Shown here in pieces: positions 1-15,268 of a stretch of 64,000 nucleotides of DNA. Source of the DNA: the human T2T-CHM13v2.0 reference genome, Homo sapiens; the NCBI RefSeq assembly GCF_009914755.1, contig NC_060928.1. One strand, given 5' to 3'. Both the position numbers and the translations under genes were made by a program. How positions within the stretch are numbered: position 1 is the first letter of the stretch; each line of letters begins with the position of its first letter. The notes beneath the pieces are model-generated. The model was not told the origin of the DNA. It searched no databases and worked only from the letters and a program-made list of their open reading frames with translations.

Positions 1-470
<470 letters not shown>

Positions 471-1369
471 ATATACTTTATGAAGTGTATTACTAAATAA
501 ATTTACGGAGAATATGAATTATTAAACATATATGCTGCTAAGGCTTTTTAATAAGCCATGTACCAGAGCTTCAAAAGAAAGAGTAGTTTATAAGCTGATA
601 TGAAAAGTAAGTAGCTTGATGAGTTTTCAGATATAAACATATCTGCAAGGTGTTATTTAAAAGATGGCTAGTACCTAGTAAATAACTCTTCAAAGAATAC
701 AAACAGGTCATCACTTGCCTGTGGTATCAAGTTGAAAGCTATCATTAATATTAAATTTAATATAAATGGAAAAAACACAGAAAAATCACATAGAAAATGC
801 ATACTATTTAGTTTAGTCATATTTGTTCTAAATTATATTTTAATTTATTCAATTTATGAGAAATGTAATAGCACTGGATTGTAATAATACTCCTAAATGA
901 TAATAATAGTTTGTAATAACTGGCAAATCACTATTACTTCTCTTTTACTAACTTCTCGTTATACTAACATTAATCAGGGTGAATTATTTGGATATTACCA
1001 ATGGGGGAGTAAGACACAATACTACCAATATGAGGAGCAAATCATTTCCCCTGCAGTTCAGTGTCTTGTAAATATCTCCTATTTTTTTAAAGAATTGCTA
1101 TTCATAACATGAACATGCAACAAGAGAAAGAAATTACATTAATTCAATTGTTTATGAGATTATTAAAAATGTATCGCATGCCTAGAATAATGAAATTGAG
1201 CTATTAAAAACAATGTCAATTCATCCTTCACCCATCAAGTTTGTCTTCTCTGCCAAAACACTCTGCCATTTGTTTTTAACAATGTATCTATTTTCATTTT
1301 TGTCTAAATTTGCAATGTGAAATTAAACACAAGCTATAACGTCTTTGGAATTATATTTTATATGGTGTG

Positions 1370-2150
1370 TATTATGGGGTGAACTATGTTCTCCCAAAAT
1401 TCACATTTTGAAGCCCTAAATCCCAGTACTTCAGAATGTGAATGTGCTACGGTTTGAGTAGGTCCCTTCTCAAATTCAGGTGTTGCCAATGTGATAGCAT
1501 TAAGAGGTGGAATTTTTAAGAGGTGATTAGGCCAGAAGGACTCCTCCCTTGTGAATGCCTTTATAAAAAGGCTTGACAGAAGGAGTTAATTGCTTTTGCC
1601 TTTCCACATTCTGTAATGAGAGGACACAGCATTCTTCCACATCAGAGATGTGGAATCAAGATACTGTCTTGGAAGCAGAGAACAGTCTTCACCAGACAAC
1701 CAAATCTACTGGAACCTTGATCTTGGACCTGCCAGTCTTCAGATCTGTGAAAAAACACAGTTCTGTTCTTCATAAACTCCCATCTCAGGCATTTGTAGTA
1801 GCAGCACAAGTGGACTAAGACAGACTGTATTGTAGAAGGGCCTTTCAAAATGTGATTAACTTAAAAGAAGGCCTTACACGTGGACCCTGATCCAATCAAG
1901 CCGGTGGTTTCATAAGATGAAGACATTTGACCCACAAGGAACCATCAGGTATGTGCACTGACAAAGGAAAGATCGTGTGAGGACACAGTGAGAAGCCTGC
2001 CTGCCAAGGAGAGAGGCCTCAGAACAAACCAAACATATTGCCACCTTAATTTTAGATTTTCAGCCTCCAGAACTGTGAGAAATAAATTTCTGTTGCTTCA
2101 GCCGCTAAATATTTGGTACTTGGTTATGACAAATCTAGCCAACTAATACA
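1370..2150 (+). mobile_element. MLT1B-like ERVL-MaLR solo LTR, split by a nested LTR
   Basis: starts tattatggggtgaactatgttctcccaaaattc, ends gagaaataaatttctgttg...ctaataca; 5-bp flanks gtgtg/gagtg. Confidence 0.85.
1445..1822 (+). mobile_element. MSTC-like MaLR solo LTR nested in the MLT1B
   Basis: tgctacggtttgag...ggactaagaca termini; TSD gaatg/gactg. Confidence 0.82.
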
Positions 2151-3214
2151 GAGTGTTTACTCATATGTGAAATAAATTGCTTAATGTTGTTTATATTACA
2201 CATTGAAAAAAAAATACTGTTCCATTTGAAGAGATTGTTTTGAAATACAAAGACCAACATATAATACTAATCTATGAATTACAGGGTTAAAATGAATCTT
2301 TCAATCTTTGTATATTTAATTTACTTTATTCTGAAAGAAAATTGTGTCTAAATACAAATTCAGGAATAGTGATCAGTTAAGACGTATTTACTAAACTGTT
2401 CTTTAAAACAAGCTAGGAAACCAAACATACTTCTTCAGAAAGAGCTAAAAATTCAGAGTCTGATTTTTCAGAGTTTAACTTCAATGATAAAATGGTTTTA
2501 GGACTTTGTTAGTTGTCGACTGTGAGGCCAATTTAATTTACAAATGTTATGATAGAAATCCATATATTAAAAACCTGTCCCCTAAAACTGAAAAAGCTAA
2601 CTTTCCTAGTATACTACTTTGATGCTAGGAATTTACATGACTTTAGTTCAGGTACAAAATCAGTTACATAAGTTAGACAACTGGGAGAGACAACTGATTT
2701 GTCCATGTCTAATAATGAAATGCTATGACAAGGCTAAGTTAGATTATTTGAGTCCAAAATAGAATCCAGAAGTAGATAAGCAATTCCTCTCCATTGGCTG
2801 ACAAACATGGTGATAACATCACCAAATTATTATCCCACTTAATAGGAATATTGAAAAGAGGTAGAAGTATTTTTAAATAATTTGAATAGTTATAGAATTA
2901 TATAAGTAAGTATCTCATGAAAATTTGAGCTGTTCATTAAAAATATTATATTATTATTTTCTATTTGCATGACCTTTGTATAACCATACATGATTGGCAT
3001 ATAGGTAAGCATGTGGAAAAAGACATTGTATAGCATATTGAGATAGGAAATGGCATTCCTTTTCTGTATATCTTCCAAATTCTAAAACATTCACAATAAA
3101 AGAATCTACGTGTTTGTGACTGTATACAACTCAGTGAAAAGAAGAAAACAAACTGAAGTTCAAAAAGTCATTAAATTGTCCTTAGAAACATAATCTTTGG
3201 AAGATAACAGGGAT

Positions 3215-3490
3215 ATAATTGATATTGATAGCTACTATTTATTCAACATGCATTTATGCTGAGCATTAAGATGAACAAATATCTCATTTATTTGCACCAG
3301 AACCCTTTGAAATAGATAATATCTATTTAAAATGTATAACATTGTTACGTTATTCTGCCCTTTTACAACAAGTCACACAGTTGAGTATAAGTGAAATTAA
3401 GTAATTGCTGCAGATTCACACAATTAGTAAATAGTGGAGCTAGAATTATAGTCCTGGTCTATCAGATTACAAGGCTAAAGCTTTTACACG
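3215..3490 (-). mobile_element. MIR SINE
   Basis: antisense MIR core: ttaagtaattgctgcagattcacacaattagtaaatagtggagctagaatt. Confidence 0.7.
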
Positions 3491-4400
3491 ATATTGAGTG
3501 TGTGAGATATTCTACCAAACTCTTCCATCCTTACAGGCCCCCTGCTCAAAAATTCCATTTTTATAACTTTAGATTTTATAAATAAGGTAAATGATTCTAT
3601 TGTATTTTTCAGAACATTAATTTGAATATATAAAAATAAATAAAGATGTGAAAACCAGTGATTGAAAGGCAAACAAGAGTTAAAATACTTTGCTTTCGTT
3701 AGGTGTACCAATCAACCATAACTAACCTAAAGTTCCTATTTCCTATGTGTCTAGAGTGAACACTGGATAATACATTGCTTTGGAGAGCTGAGTCTCTTTC
3801 TAGAGGCAATGCTGCTCTTTCAGTGGTACTGATATAGAAGAGGGAGGTCTGTATGATGGAGTGGAGGTAGGGGTATCCAGTAACCTGTCACACATAAATT
3901 GTAACAGAGTAAAATTATATGAATGTCTGGAACAGATAAACAGTTTAAAAATATTCTATTGCACTAAAATAACTCAGAATATCATGAAACCAAAAATTAT
4001 TAGGAAGTTCGTTTTAGATAAAATATGTATGAACTTCCAGTTTATTAAAATAGATCTATAGTTTTTCTACCGTATTCTATTTTGGTGAATATAGGTGCTT
4101 TTATTATTCTTGAGACTAGTCAGCTTCTAAGATAATCTTGAGTGCTTTTAGATGTGACATCTATAAATGACATGCATTCCTTTCTCTAAGTGAATAAAAC
4201 ATATTATTTAGTGCTGAATTTAAAGTAATAGATTAATTCAAAATATTCTTGTAGTTCTGTTCCTTGTTTATATTTTAGTGGCTATTGTACTTTAATTCCC
4301 CACAAACTTGCTGGTTGGCAAAGAATTAAGAAAGTTGTGATTATAATACTATATTATTATATAATATTATAAAATCTATTTAAAATGTATAATATTGTTA

Positions 4401-4518
4401 TGTTATTTTGCCCTTTTAAAACAAAATTTTTATAATCTTTTTAGTATTATAATCAAAACTTAATTGTGATAATACTAACAAGATTATAAAAATTTTATTT
4501 TAAAAGGGCAAGATAATA
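4401..4518. repeat. ~50-bp inverted repeat (hairpin) with 18-bp spacer
   Basis: 4403-4450 matches the reverse complement of 4469-4516 with 3 mismatches in 48 bp. Confidence 0.92.
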
Positions 4519-5196
4519 TTCATGTAGCAGACTGTTTCTGACCTATGGTAGTTGCTGCATAAGCCTCTTCTTAAAATCTTAGTTTTCTGTAATTGATTTA
4601 AACAGAAATTTTTGAAAGGGCTATTTTCATGACAGAGTTTTCTTTCTTTATTTTCTGTCCTTCCTCTTGTTTTAAATTCACAGATTTAATAAGGTAAAAA
4701 TGATATTGCATGCTTTCAAGCTCACCTAATGCCTGTAATCTTCATCTCTCCTTCATGCCACAGTGAATTAAGTAGATAAACATGTCACGAGAAATTAAGA
4801 TGGATGATAAGCTCATTGGCATTATCTTGAAAACAGGAGTCATCACCACCCTCTCCACAGGTATTTGGTTAAAATACTCTTCCCTCACATTGTCAAGCAG
4901 CACCTTGAAGAAATATCACACACATTGTTAAGAAAGAGGAAATCAAAAATAATAACTCATAGTTTATATATTACATACATAATAGGATCTTGATGTAAAT
5001 TAAGAAGACTGAATAAAACATGCAGAATAATTAATGTTTATTTATAGACATTAATTCAACTGATTTCCTAATAATTTCCTAATGGAATAGATAAGAATTG
5101 CTTTAGGTAATTTATTCAAAAGGTTGGAGAGAAAAGAAAAGATAATTTGTTTGCTCAAAATGTAAAATCAAAGATAACAGCAATATATTATAATCA

Positions 5197-5960
5197 TTCT
5201 TTTTCTTAAGTTTCAACTTTTATTTTTGATGCAGGGGTGCATGTGCACCTTTATTATATGGGAACATTGTGCAATGCTGATGTTTAGAGTATGTATCCCG
5301 TCACCCCGTTAGTGAGTACAGTACCCAATGGGTAGTTTTTAAAAACCGTTCCTGCCTCCCTCCACCTTCTAATAGTCCACAGTATCTATTTATGTTCCCA
5401 TATTTATGTCCATGTGTGCTCAATGCTTAGCTCCCACATATAAATGAGAACACGCAGTGTTTTGGCTTTCTGTTCCAGCATTAAATTTTTTTAGTATTAT
5501 GACCTCCAGCTTCATCCATGTTGCTGCAAAGGACATGATTTGGGTTTTTTTAATGGCTGCATAGTATTCCATGCTGTATATGTACCACATTTTCTTTATC
5601 CAGTCTACTATTGATAAGTACCAGGGTTGATTCCTTAACTTTGGTATTGTAAATAGCACAACAATGAACACAAGAGTGCATGTGTCTTTTTGGTAGAATG
5701 ATTCATTCTGGGGGGATATATACTCAGTAATGGGATTAATGGATTGAATGGTAACTCTATTTAAAGTTCTTTAAGAAATCTCCAGACTGCTTTCCACAGT
5801 GGCTGAACTAATTTACATTCCCATCAACAGTGTATAAGTGTTCCCTTTACTCAACAGCCTCAAATTTTTACATTTTAATAATAACCATTCTGACTGGTTT
5901 GGTATAGTATTTCATTGTGGTTTTGATTTGAATTTCCCTGAGTTTAAACATTTTTCACAT
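5197..5960 (-). mobile_element. L1PA15/16-like LINE-1 3' end
   Basis: ttttatttttgatgcaggggtgcatgtgc...; ORF 5420-5671 gives the L1 ORF2 C-terminus (WIKKMWYIYSMEYYAAIKK). Confidence 0.92.
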
Positions 5961-6149
5961 GAAATCCACACCAGATAGCCATGGTGAGCCATTTAATTTG
6001 GACTATAATTTTTGATGACAAAACAAGTTACATTCATCATGAAAACCTGCATGCTAAAATGGGTCTTATGTAATTTTAATGACCAATTCCAGCCAGGCAC
6101 TTCACTAGAAAACACATACACATACACACAGCTGAAGGTTTTCAAATTT

Positions 6150-6300
6150 TCTTTCGTCCTCCTCTCCCTCCCTCCATCCCGCCCTTCCTCCTTCTTTTCC
6201 TTCCTTCCTTCCTTCCTTCCTTCCGTCCATCAATCATCTGTCAATTTATTCATCCATCCATCTACCTTACTACCCAGTCATCCATCTATCTATCTACCTA
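6150..6300. repeat. (CCTT)n/(CATC)n/(TATC)n simple repeats
   Basis: direct reading. Confidence 0.85.
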
Positions 6301-6516
6301 ACAATTTTAGTGAGTAACATTGTATTCATCATTCCTACTTGTCCTCTTCACATCAACACACATCTATCATTAACAAGTGCTTAGTATACATATGGTAGTC
6401 AAGAAATGCTTAATTGAAGTGAACTGAACTAGCACATACAAATGCCACAAAAACTGGCAGCAGACAAAGTACTGACAGACAGAATAGCCTCTCTTCCCCT
6501 CACTGTTTAGCACTCT

Positions 6517-6780
6517 TTCTCTCTCTCTCTATATATATATTATGTATACACACACACATAGAATGTGTATATACACACATATACATATATATGCATATAT
6601 ACTCTCTATATATCTATGTGTGTATATATATGGATTATATATATCTATATATACACATTATATATTATATTGAGACTATAAATAAAATATGTGTGTATAT
6701 ATACACACATAAATATATATATATATACACATTTTTTATACTTATATATAGTCTCATATATAATACATGTCACACATAGA
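6517..6780. repeat. (CT)n followed by a degenerate (TA)n/(CA)n tract
   Basis: direct reading. Confidence 0.9.
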
Positions 6781-7831
6781 AACATCAAGTAAACTTCCCT
6801 GAGCTGCTTGCTTTTCCACTTCCTCTTCAATAGACTATTATTAACTCATAATTTATTCCACCTAAGTAGCGCATGTCACCTATTGTTTTGTATTGCTATC
6901 ATAAATATTTCAATTTAATTCATCAAATGTTTGCATCTTAGGTTTCCATTTAAATGGTGGATTTCACCATTTATGAATTGTTCCATGAATACTATATCTT
7001 AGGAGAATACTTTGCACATGAAAAAAAAACACAAATATTTATTGGTGAATTGACACCATTCACAAAGAATGAAACTGCTTAGTGAGTGTGATTATGTTCA
7101 TTCTATCCCCCCATTCCTAACTGCGACACTATGAAGATAGATAGTATAGAATAAAGAACCACCACAAAAGAACTTTAGGTCAGGTAGTTGCTGTAAGAAA
7201 ATGGAGTATATTGGCCTTATTTTGTGTGGCTTACATCATAGAATTTGACATGTATTTAAACCCCTTGATGTAAAATTTACTTTTAAAATATTTATTAGCT
7301 AATCTTAGAGGAGTGATTGGATCTTCTTGTTTTTTATACGAAAATTCTTCACCATGGCAGTGTTTTGAAAATATAGCCATAATTTTCTGAAGAAATATGC
7401 TGCAGTCATGCCCTATGAAAACACATAAAAATGCTTGTCCAAACCTATGGCTTAGCAGTAACATGTTTTTAGTTTAGAACAAAAAGCCCATTATTTTATA
7501 CTGTAAAGTAAATATTTTCCAACATTTTGCATGTTACAAAGAAAGATTCATAACTGTCAGCCATAGAATTTTGTACTTAATGTAAATGTGATTTTTTTTT
7601 TTTTACCATAAACTTCCATAGGACTGGGAAATAAAATCATTGGAATCAATAAAATACTGTATCTGCAATTGAAGAAACACTTATTCCTAGGCTGTTTATA
7701 GAGAACCTTTTTTAATTTTGGCCTTAGCACAACCTACAATTATTTTTTATAGTTTGTTATAGGTCTTATAATATCTCTGAATATCCTGCTTCTTTTTAGT
7801 AGAATAAAAAAGAGCCAATTAATTTCATAGA

Positions 7832-8040
7832 TCGGGGCATGTAGCATGATGAACAAGTTATAGAATTTGTAGTCAGAAGACAGGTTCAAGTCACAATTCT
7901 GCCCTTTATTGACTTCATAACATAATTTTTTGAGTGTCAATGACTTTAACTACAAAATTGAAATAATAATAATGACAGTAGTAGTAATGATACAAACATA
8001 TGCATAATGCTTATGAAAAGACTTTAAAACTACAAACCAC
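7832..8040 (+). mobile_element. MIR SINE
   Basis: gtagcatgatg...gtagtcagaagacaggttcaagtcacaattctgccc. Confidence 0.6.
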
Positions 8041-8069
8041 TTTAAAATATTAGTACAAAAGCTTAAGTG

Positions 8070-8280
8070 GAAAAATAGTAAGCACACTTATTAGGCAAAT
8101 TTTCTGCCAGGTATTGTTCAGGATGCTTTAAGTGCATTAAATAACTTTATATTTTTATTATACTTCACATTTTACTAAATGAGAGAAAATTTCAATAACT
8201 TGTTCAAAGTCACAAATCCAATTAGAACTCATGCTTGTAGGTTTGATCTAGAGCTTATGCATTGAACACATATTATGACA
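8070..8280 (-). mobile_element. MIR SINE
   Basis: cacttattaggc...tgccaggtattgttc...cattttac...taacttgttcaaagtcaca. Confidence 0.6.
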
Positions 8281-8968
8281 CTTTAAAATGCAGCTGGTCA
8301 ATGATACTGAAATTACTTAGAAACAAGGAAGACCATCATAATACTCCTATCATGATTCAATGGCCAAGGTTTCTATCTTGTCAAAAGTGACTCTGTAAAC
8401 CTGAGAAAAGGAAATATTGTGAAAACCTAAATAAAACTTATTTCACTGATGTTGACAAACTTGTTAGTGCTCAGAGAATAACAGCATTGCTAATAATCTT
8501 TAACAATGAGACAAGTAATTTACGGTACTTTTAAAATTTCTTTTCTTGAGAAGCTAGATGTGGTAAGGACAAAGACCTCTGTAAAATAGAATAACAAGTT
8601 ATAAATTTTGTTATAAAGAAACATTTTGAGCACTAGAGATTTTATTTCTTTCATAGTATCTTCCATGAATTTTAATTTATTACAATTCTGAAAACATATT
8701 TCATACTTTCTTGAAATGCCAGTTATTTAAAAGATATCTAATGTCACTAATGATCAGTAGCATATATAGTTTTAATTTTATTTTCATACTATTTTATCCT
8801 GATTCACTCAGTCAACCATTTCACTATATATTGTGGGATATTTTACATAACGAGTAAAATTATAATTGATAATGAAGCAAATATCTTTCTGCAAAACTTG
8901 AATCTTCATATCTTATATTGCTTCATGGATAAATTCTTAGGATAGTATTAAGAGGAATAAATACTTTT

Positions 8969-11629
8969 TAAAAATTAACTATACTGAGGTATAATTTACA
9001 AAAATACAAATATAGACATTTTAAATGCGTCCAGTATACTGACTTTTGACTCCCATGTTATCATCACTCTATTCAATGTTTAGACAATTTCTGTCTCTTC
9101 TAAATTTTACTTGAGTTACTTCCAACACCTCCTTACCCCACATTACCAGGAAGTTACTACTCTGCTCCTTGTCATTGTACATCATGTTTTGCCAGTCGTA
9201 GGCCTTCATATCTACAAAATAATACAAGGCATACTCTTTGCATGCATATTCATTTGCACACCAAAAAGATTTTGAGATATTTTTGTATCAATAGTATATT
9301 CAATTTATTTGCTGATTATTAGCTCATTGTATAAATATTCCATTTGTTTATTTATTCAACTTTGGTAGAAAAATTTTCCCCCAGGGGTTGGCTATTATCA
9401 ATAAAGTTTCTGAGAATATTTATATAAAAGTCTTTTTTGTAGATGTATGGTTTTACTTCTCTTGGGTAAACACGTAGGAGTATAATGTCTTGGTCACATG
9501 CTAATTGTGTGTTATACTTTACAAAATGTTGTCAACTGTTTTCTAAAGTAGTTATGGCATTCTGTATTCCACCAGTTCAGTTCACTCCACACTTTTAGCA
9601 ACATTTAGTTATTAGTCATTTAAATTTAACACTAGTGTGTGTGCAGTGGTATTTATTTTTGTTTTATTTACATTTTTTACAGATAGCTTATAATGTTGAA
9701 TACTGGTTAAATAATAATTTCGAACGTCTTTTACATGTACTTATTAACCACTCATATAACTTATTTTATAAAATACCTGTTAAAATACTTAGCAATAAAT
9801 TATTTTCACTTTATTTTGTCTAAAAATCCATTTTTAACTTCATTTTATGAAGCTACAGATATTATCTATTTTCAGCTCTTTAAATGTGTTTTTTCATGGT
9901 CTTCTGACCTTCATCTTTTCTCTGAAGAAGTTGGCTGTTTTTCTTATTTTTTTAAATTATATACATTATATCTTTTTACTATGGGTACATTTAAGGTTGT
10001 CTCTTTATCAATGCTTTCCCTGAATTTATTATCCTACCCATTGTTGTTACATTTTTTGTGTTTATCCTGTTGGAAGTTTGCTATTTTGTATATTGTATAA
10101 AACCGTGCTGGATTCACGGGTTTATAATTTGCATCTTTTTTTTAGAAAATCAGTTATTTTATCAGATATATACTATTGTACCCCCATCTCTTTATGAGAC
10201 CTCTAATAAGGAAATAGTTTAATCCCAAAATATTTTGAGTCTCTGCTTCATTTTTAGTTTTTACAACCTCTGTTCTTGCAATTGTATAATTTGTGTTGCT
10301 GTTTTCTCTGGTTATTAATGTTTTAATGAAGAGCTTAATATGCTACAAAGACTATCAGAAAAGTATTTACTTCTGATGGAAAAATGTTATTTTTTTCATT
10401 TTCAGTTCTATTTGTTTTGTTTGATAATTTTAATTTTACTTACTATGTTTATGTTTTTCTTAAAGTACTTCAACAGGTTTACAATGACCCTTTAAGGATG
10501 TCTATTAATTTTGTCATCTCCTTTATTCCATCTGAAATTTTTCCTTGATATGGTTCACCCGCTTGTTGTGATATAACAATAGGATATCACAATATCCTAT
10601 TGTGATATCATGTTGAATATGAGTAGACTTTCTTGGATTTCTTTTTTTTTTTTTAGATGGAGTCACGCTCTGTCACCCAGGCTGGAGTGCAGGGGCACGA
10701 TATTGGCTCACTGCAGCCTTTGCCTCCTGGGTTCAAGAGATTACAGGTGTGCCACCACCACGCCTGGCTATTTTTTTTTTTTTTCGTATTTTTAGTAGAG
10801 ACAGGGTTTTAGTAGAGACCACGTTGATCAGGCTGATCTTGAACTCCTGACCTCATGATCCACCTGCCTCGGCCTTGCAAAGTGCTGGGATTACAGGCGT
10901 GACCCACGACACCTGGCTGTTGGATTCCTTTAATGAATGTTGGCTTTTGTTTTGGCTGGTGGATTAGTTTGATTATTTCAAGGCTTGTTTTTATGCTTTT
11001 AAAAATATGGGTCAAAATTACCTTTTACTCTAAGGCTAATTTAACTATAATGGTATGATATGTGGTTTCTACATACCATCACGGGTTTGTAGGTCATACC
11101 TACATAGCATCATACCATCGTAGCTTTGGCAAACCATCATAGTTTTGGATTACTTTGTGAGTAAAATGTTGTTGTTGTTGTTGTTTTTCTATCTGGCTCC
11201 TCAAAAATCATGCCAACTGGCCATGCATGAACCTCTATTTGGAATTTGAAGACATTCTGCCAGAGGTATTAAACCCCTAGTTGAAATTTAAAAAACAAAA
11301 ATACTTTTTCTGTGTATTTCTTTCTTCTTTGGTAGTCTATTTTGCAAGTTCTAACTGCCTTCATTTCCTCAAACTCTCATCAAGAACCATCGTAATCTGC
11401 TTGGTTTGACTTTCCTTGAGATACAGTTATGAAAATAGCATTAATCAGAAGGCTAAAGTGGTTGTTGGACTCACTCAGTTGGTTTTCTTTATTGCAGGGA
11501 TTATTTTCATGTGTTACATGTTAACCAGTATCTGAAAATAGGATTTTTAAATTTTTGTTGAATTTTCTGATTGTTCACAGTCAGATACGTCTGGTATCAG
11601 ATACGTTGTCAGAGGCAGTAGCAGGAATG
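8969..11629 (-). mobile_element. Old L1M/L1ME-type LINE-1 with 3' and 5' ends and most of the coding region missing
   Basis: antisense L1ME-like 3' end (actgaggtataatttaca...) at 8970-9760; L1M 5'-like sequence to ~11629; candidate TSD taaatactttt at 8958-8968 and 11630-11640. Confidence 0.65.
10638..10918 (-). mobile_element. AluS with internal deletion and a small duplication
   Basis: poly-T, ctctgtcacccaggctggagtgca...aaagtgctgggattacaggcgtga; TSD ttggattYcttt. Confidence 0.95.
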
Positions 11630-11818
11630 TAAATACTTTTAAAATAGTTTTTTGAAATGAATGTACAAAAATTTGCCACAGAATAGTATGGCAGAAAAAT
11701 ATACAAATCTCTTGTAATGACACTGCTCATAGATAAGCAAATTTAACGTTTTGAGGTTTATCACTTAAGAATATATTTTCATGCACACAGTACTTTAATC
11801 TATGTTTGCATGTATAAA

Positions 11819-12252
11819 TGTTATGATACTAAATTGAATAGTATTCCCTCAAAGCCATGGTCATCCAAAATCTGTGAATGTAACCTTATTTGAAATTAGG
11901 GTCTTTGCAGATATAATTACCATTAACTTATACTAGATTATTATGGGCACTAATTGCAATGATTGCTGTCCTTATAATTTGGAAACAAAGATACAGACAC
12001 ACACACAGAGAAAATATCCACATGTAGACAGAAGAATTGGAGTAGTTAATCTATGAACTAAGGATGCCAAGGAATGCTCCCAACCTCCAGGAACTAGAAG
12101 AATCAAGGAATAGAGAATCCTTCAGAGCCCTCACATAAGACCAAATATTTATTTTGAACTCCCGGCCACTGAACTATGAGAAAACATTTTTTTCTTGGTT
12201 TAAGCCACACAGTTTATGGTAATTTGTTATAAAGCCTTAGAAAGGTGATACA
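11819..12252 (+). mobile_element. MLT1C-like MaLR solo LTR
   Basis: gtgaatgtaaccttatttgaaattagggtctttgcagatataatta...taagccacacagtttatggtaatttgtta. Confidence 0.8.
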
Positions 12253-12339
12253 TGTGCACATGGAGTATGATATGTAAAATATACTGTATACATTATCATT
12301 TTCATAAATTAAGTTTTAAAACATTTTTAAAATGAGCAT

Positions 12340-12800
12340 TTAACTATTGTCTTAAGCATATGCTACTGTATGATATATAATTGTTTCATAGTTATTCATT
12401 ATAGATGTCTATTATCAGTCTCCTATTATTAAAAATTTAGATAGATTTCAAATCTTCTCAATAATGCTGTAGGTAACATGATTAGATAGAAATGCTTTAG
12501 GTAATCTCTGATTATTTCTTGAATCTTAACTCCTAGAGAAATATGTTGTATGAAAGGTTTCAGATTCCTTTATATAGATAATTTTCCACAAAAGAAAAGT
12601 TACAGCATGAGAATGTTCATATTAGAATCTGCTAGATAACACAAAGAATTATTTTAAATTAAACTTTGCTGTCATGACAAATAATTAAATGAAAAGTCAT
12701 TGTTTCTTTCTTATACACTTATTTGATCACTAATAAGGTTTAACTTTTTTATGTGCTCTTATGCAATTCCTGTTTCTACATATCTGATTTATAAAGCTGT
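12340..12800 (-). mobile_element. Degraded L1ME 3' fragment
   Basis: cagtctcctatt...ataatgctgtaggtaacat...ttatttcttg resembles antisense L1ME. Confidence 0.5.
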
Positions 12801-13287
12801 TTTACTAAAATGTTTTGTATATGTTTTCATTAATTAGCATTATAATGTTTTTTCTCAACGTCATAGATTATTTGTGTGTCTTTGACATGTTATGTGTATC
12901 TGTGTATGTACAAATATATGCACATATGTGTACATACAGAGTTGATAACAGAAACATCAACCAAAATGGAAAATTTTGACAAGAAAAAAAATCTTCTGGC
13001 CACATTCAAAATAGTGAAGTCTCTATTTTGAATAAGCCTTGAATAAGGCTCAGAGTAATTTATCTTTAGATTCATTTTGACTTGGATTACTTTGCAAGTA
13101 AAACATTCAAATACTTTACATAGACAAGTTGTGTGTGTATGCACACTGCGTGTGTAGACTGATATGATTAGAACAATTTTATCTTCAAAATTCCCTTTCG
13201 AGTTAAATGGACTCAAGAGAACATGGATTACTGATGCATTTACTTTAATTGATAATTAACAAATGAGTTCTGCATAATTTCTTGAGT

Positions 13288-15268
<1,981 letters not shown>

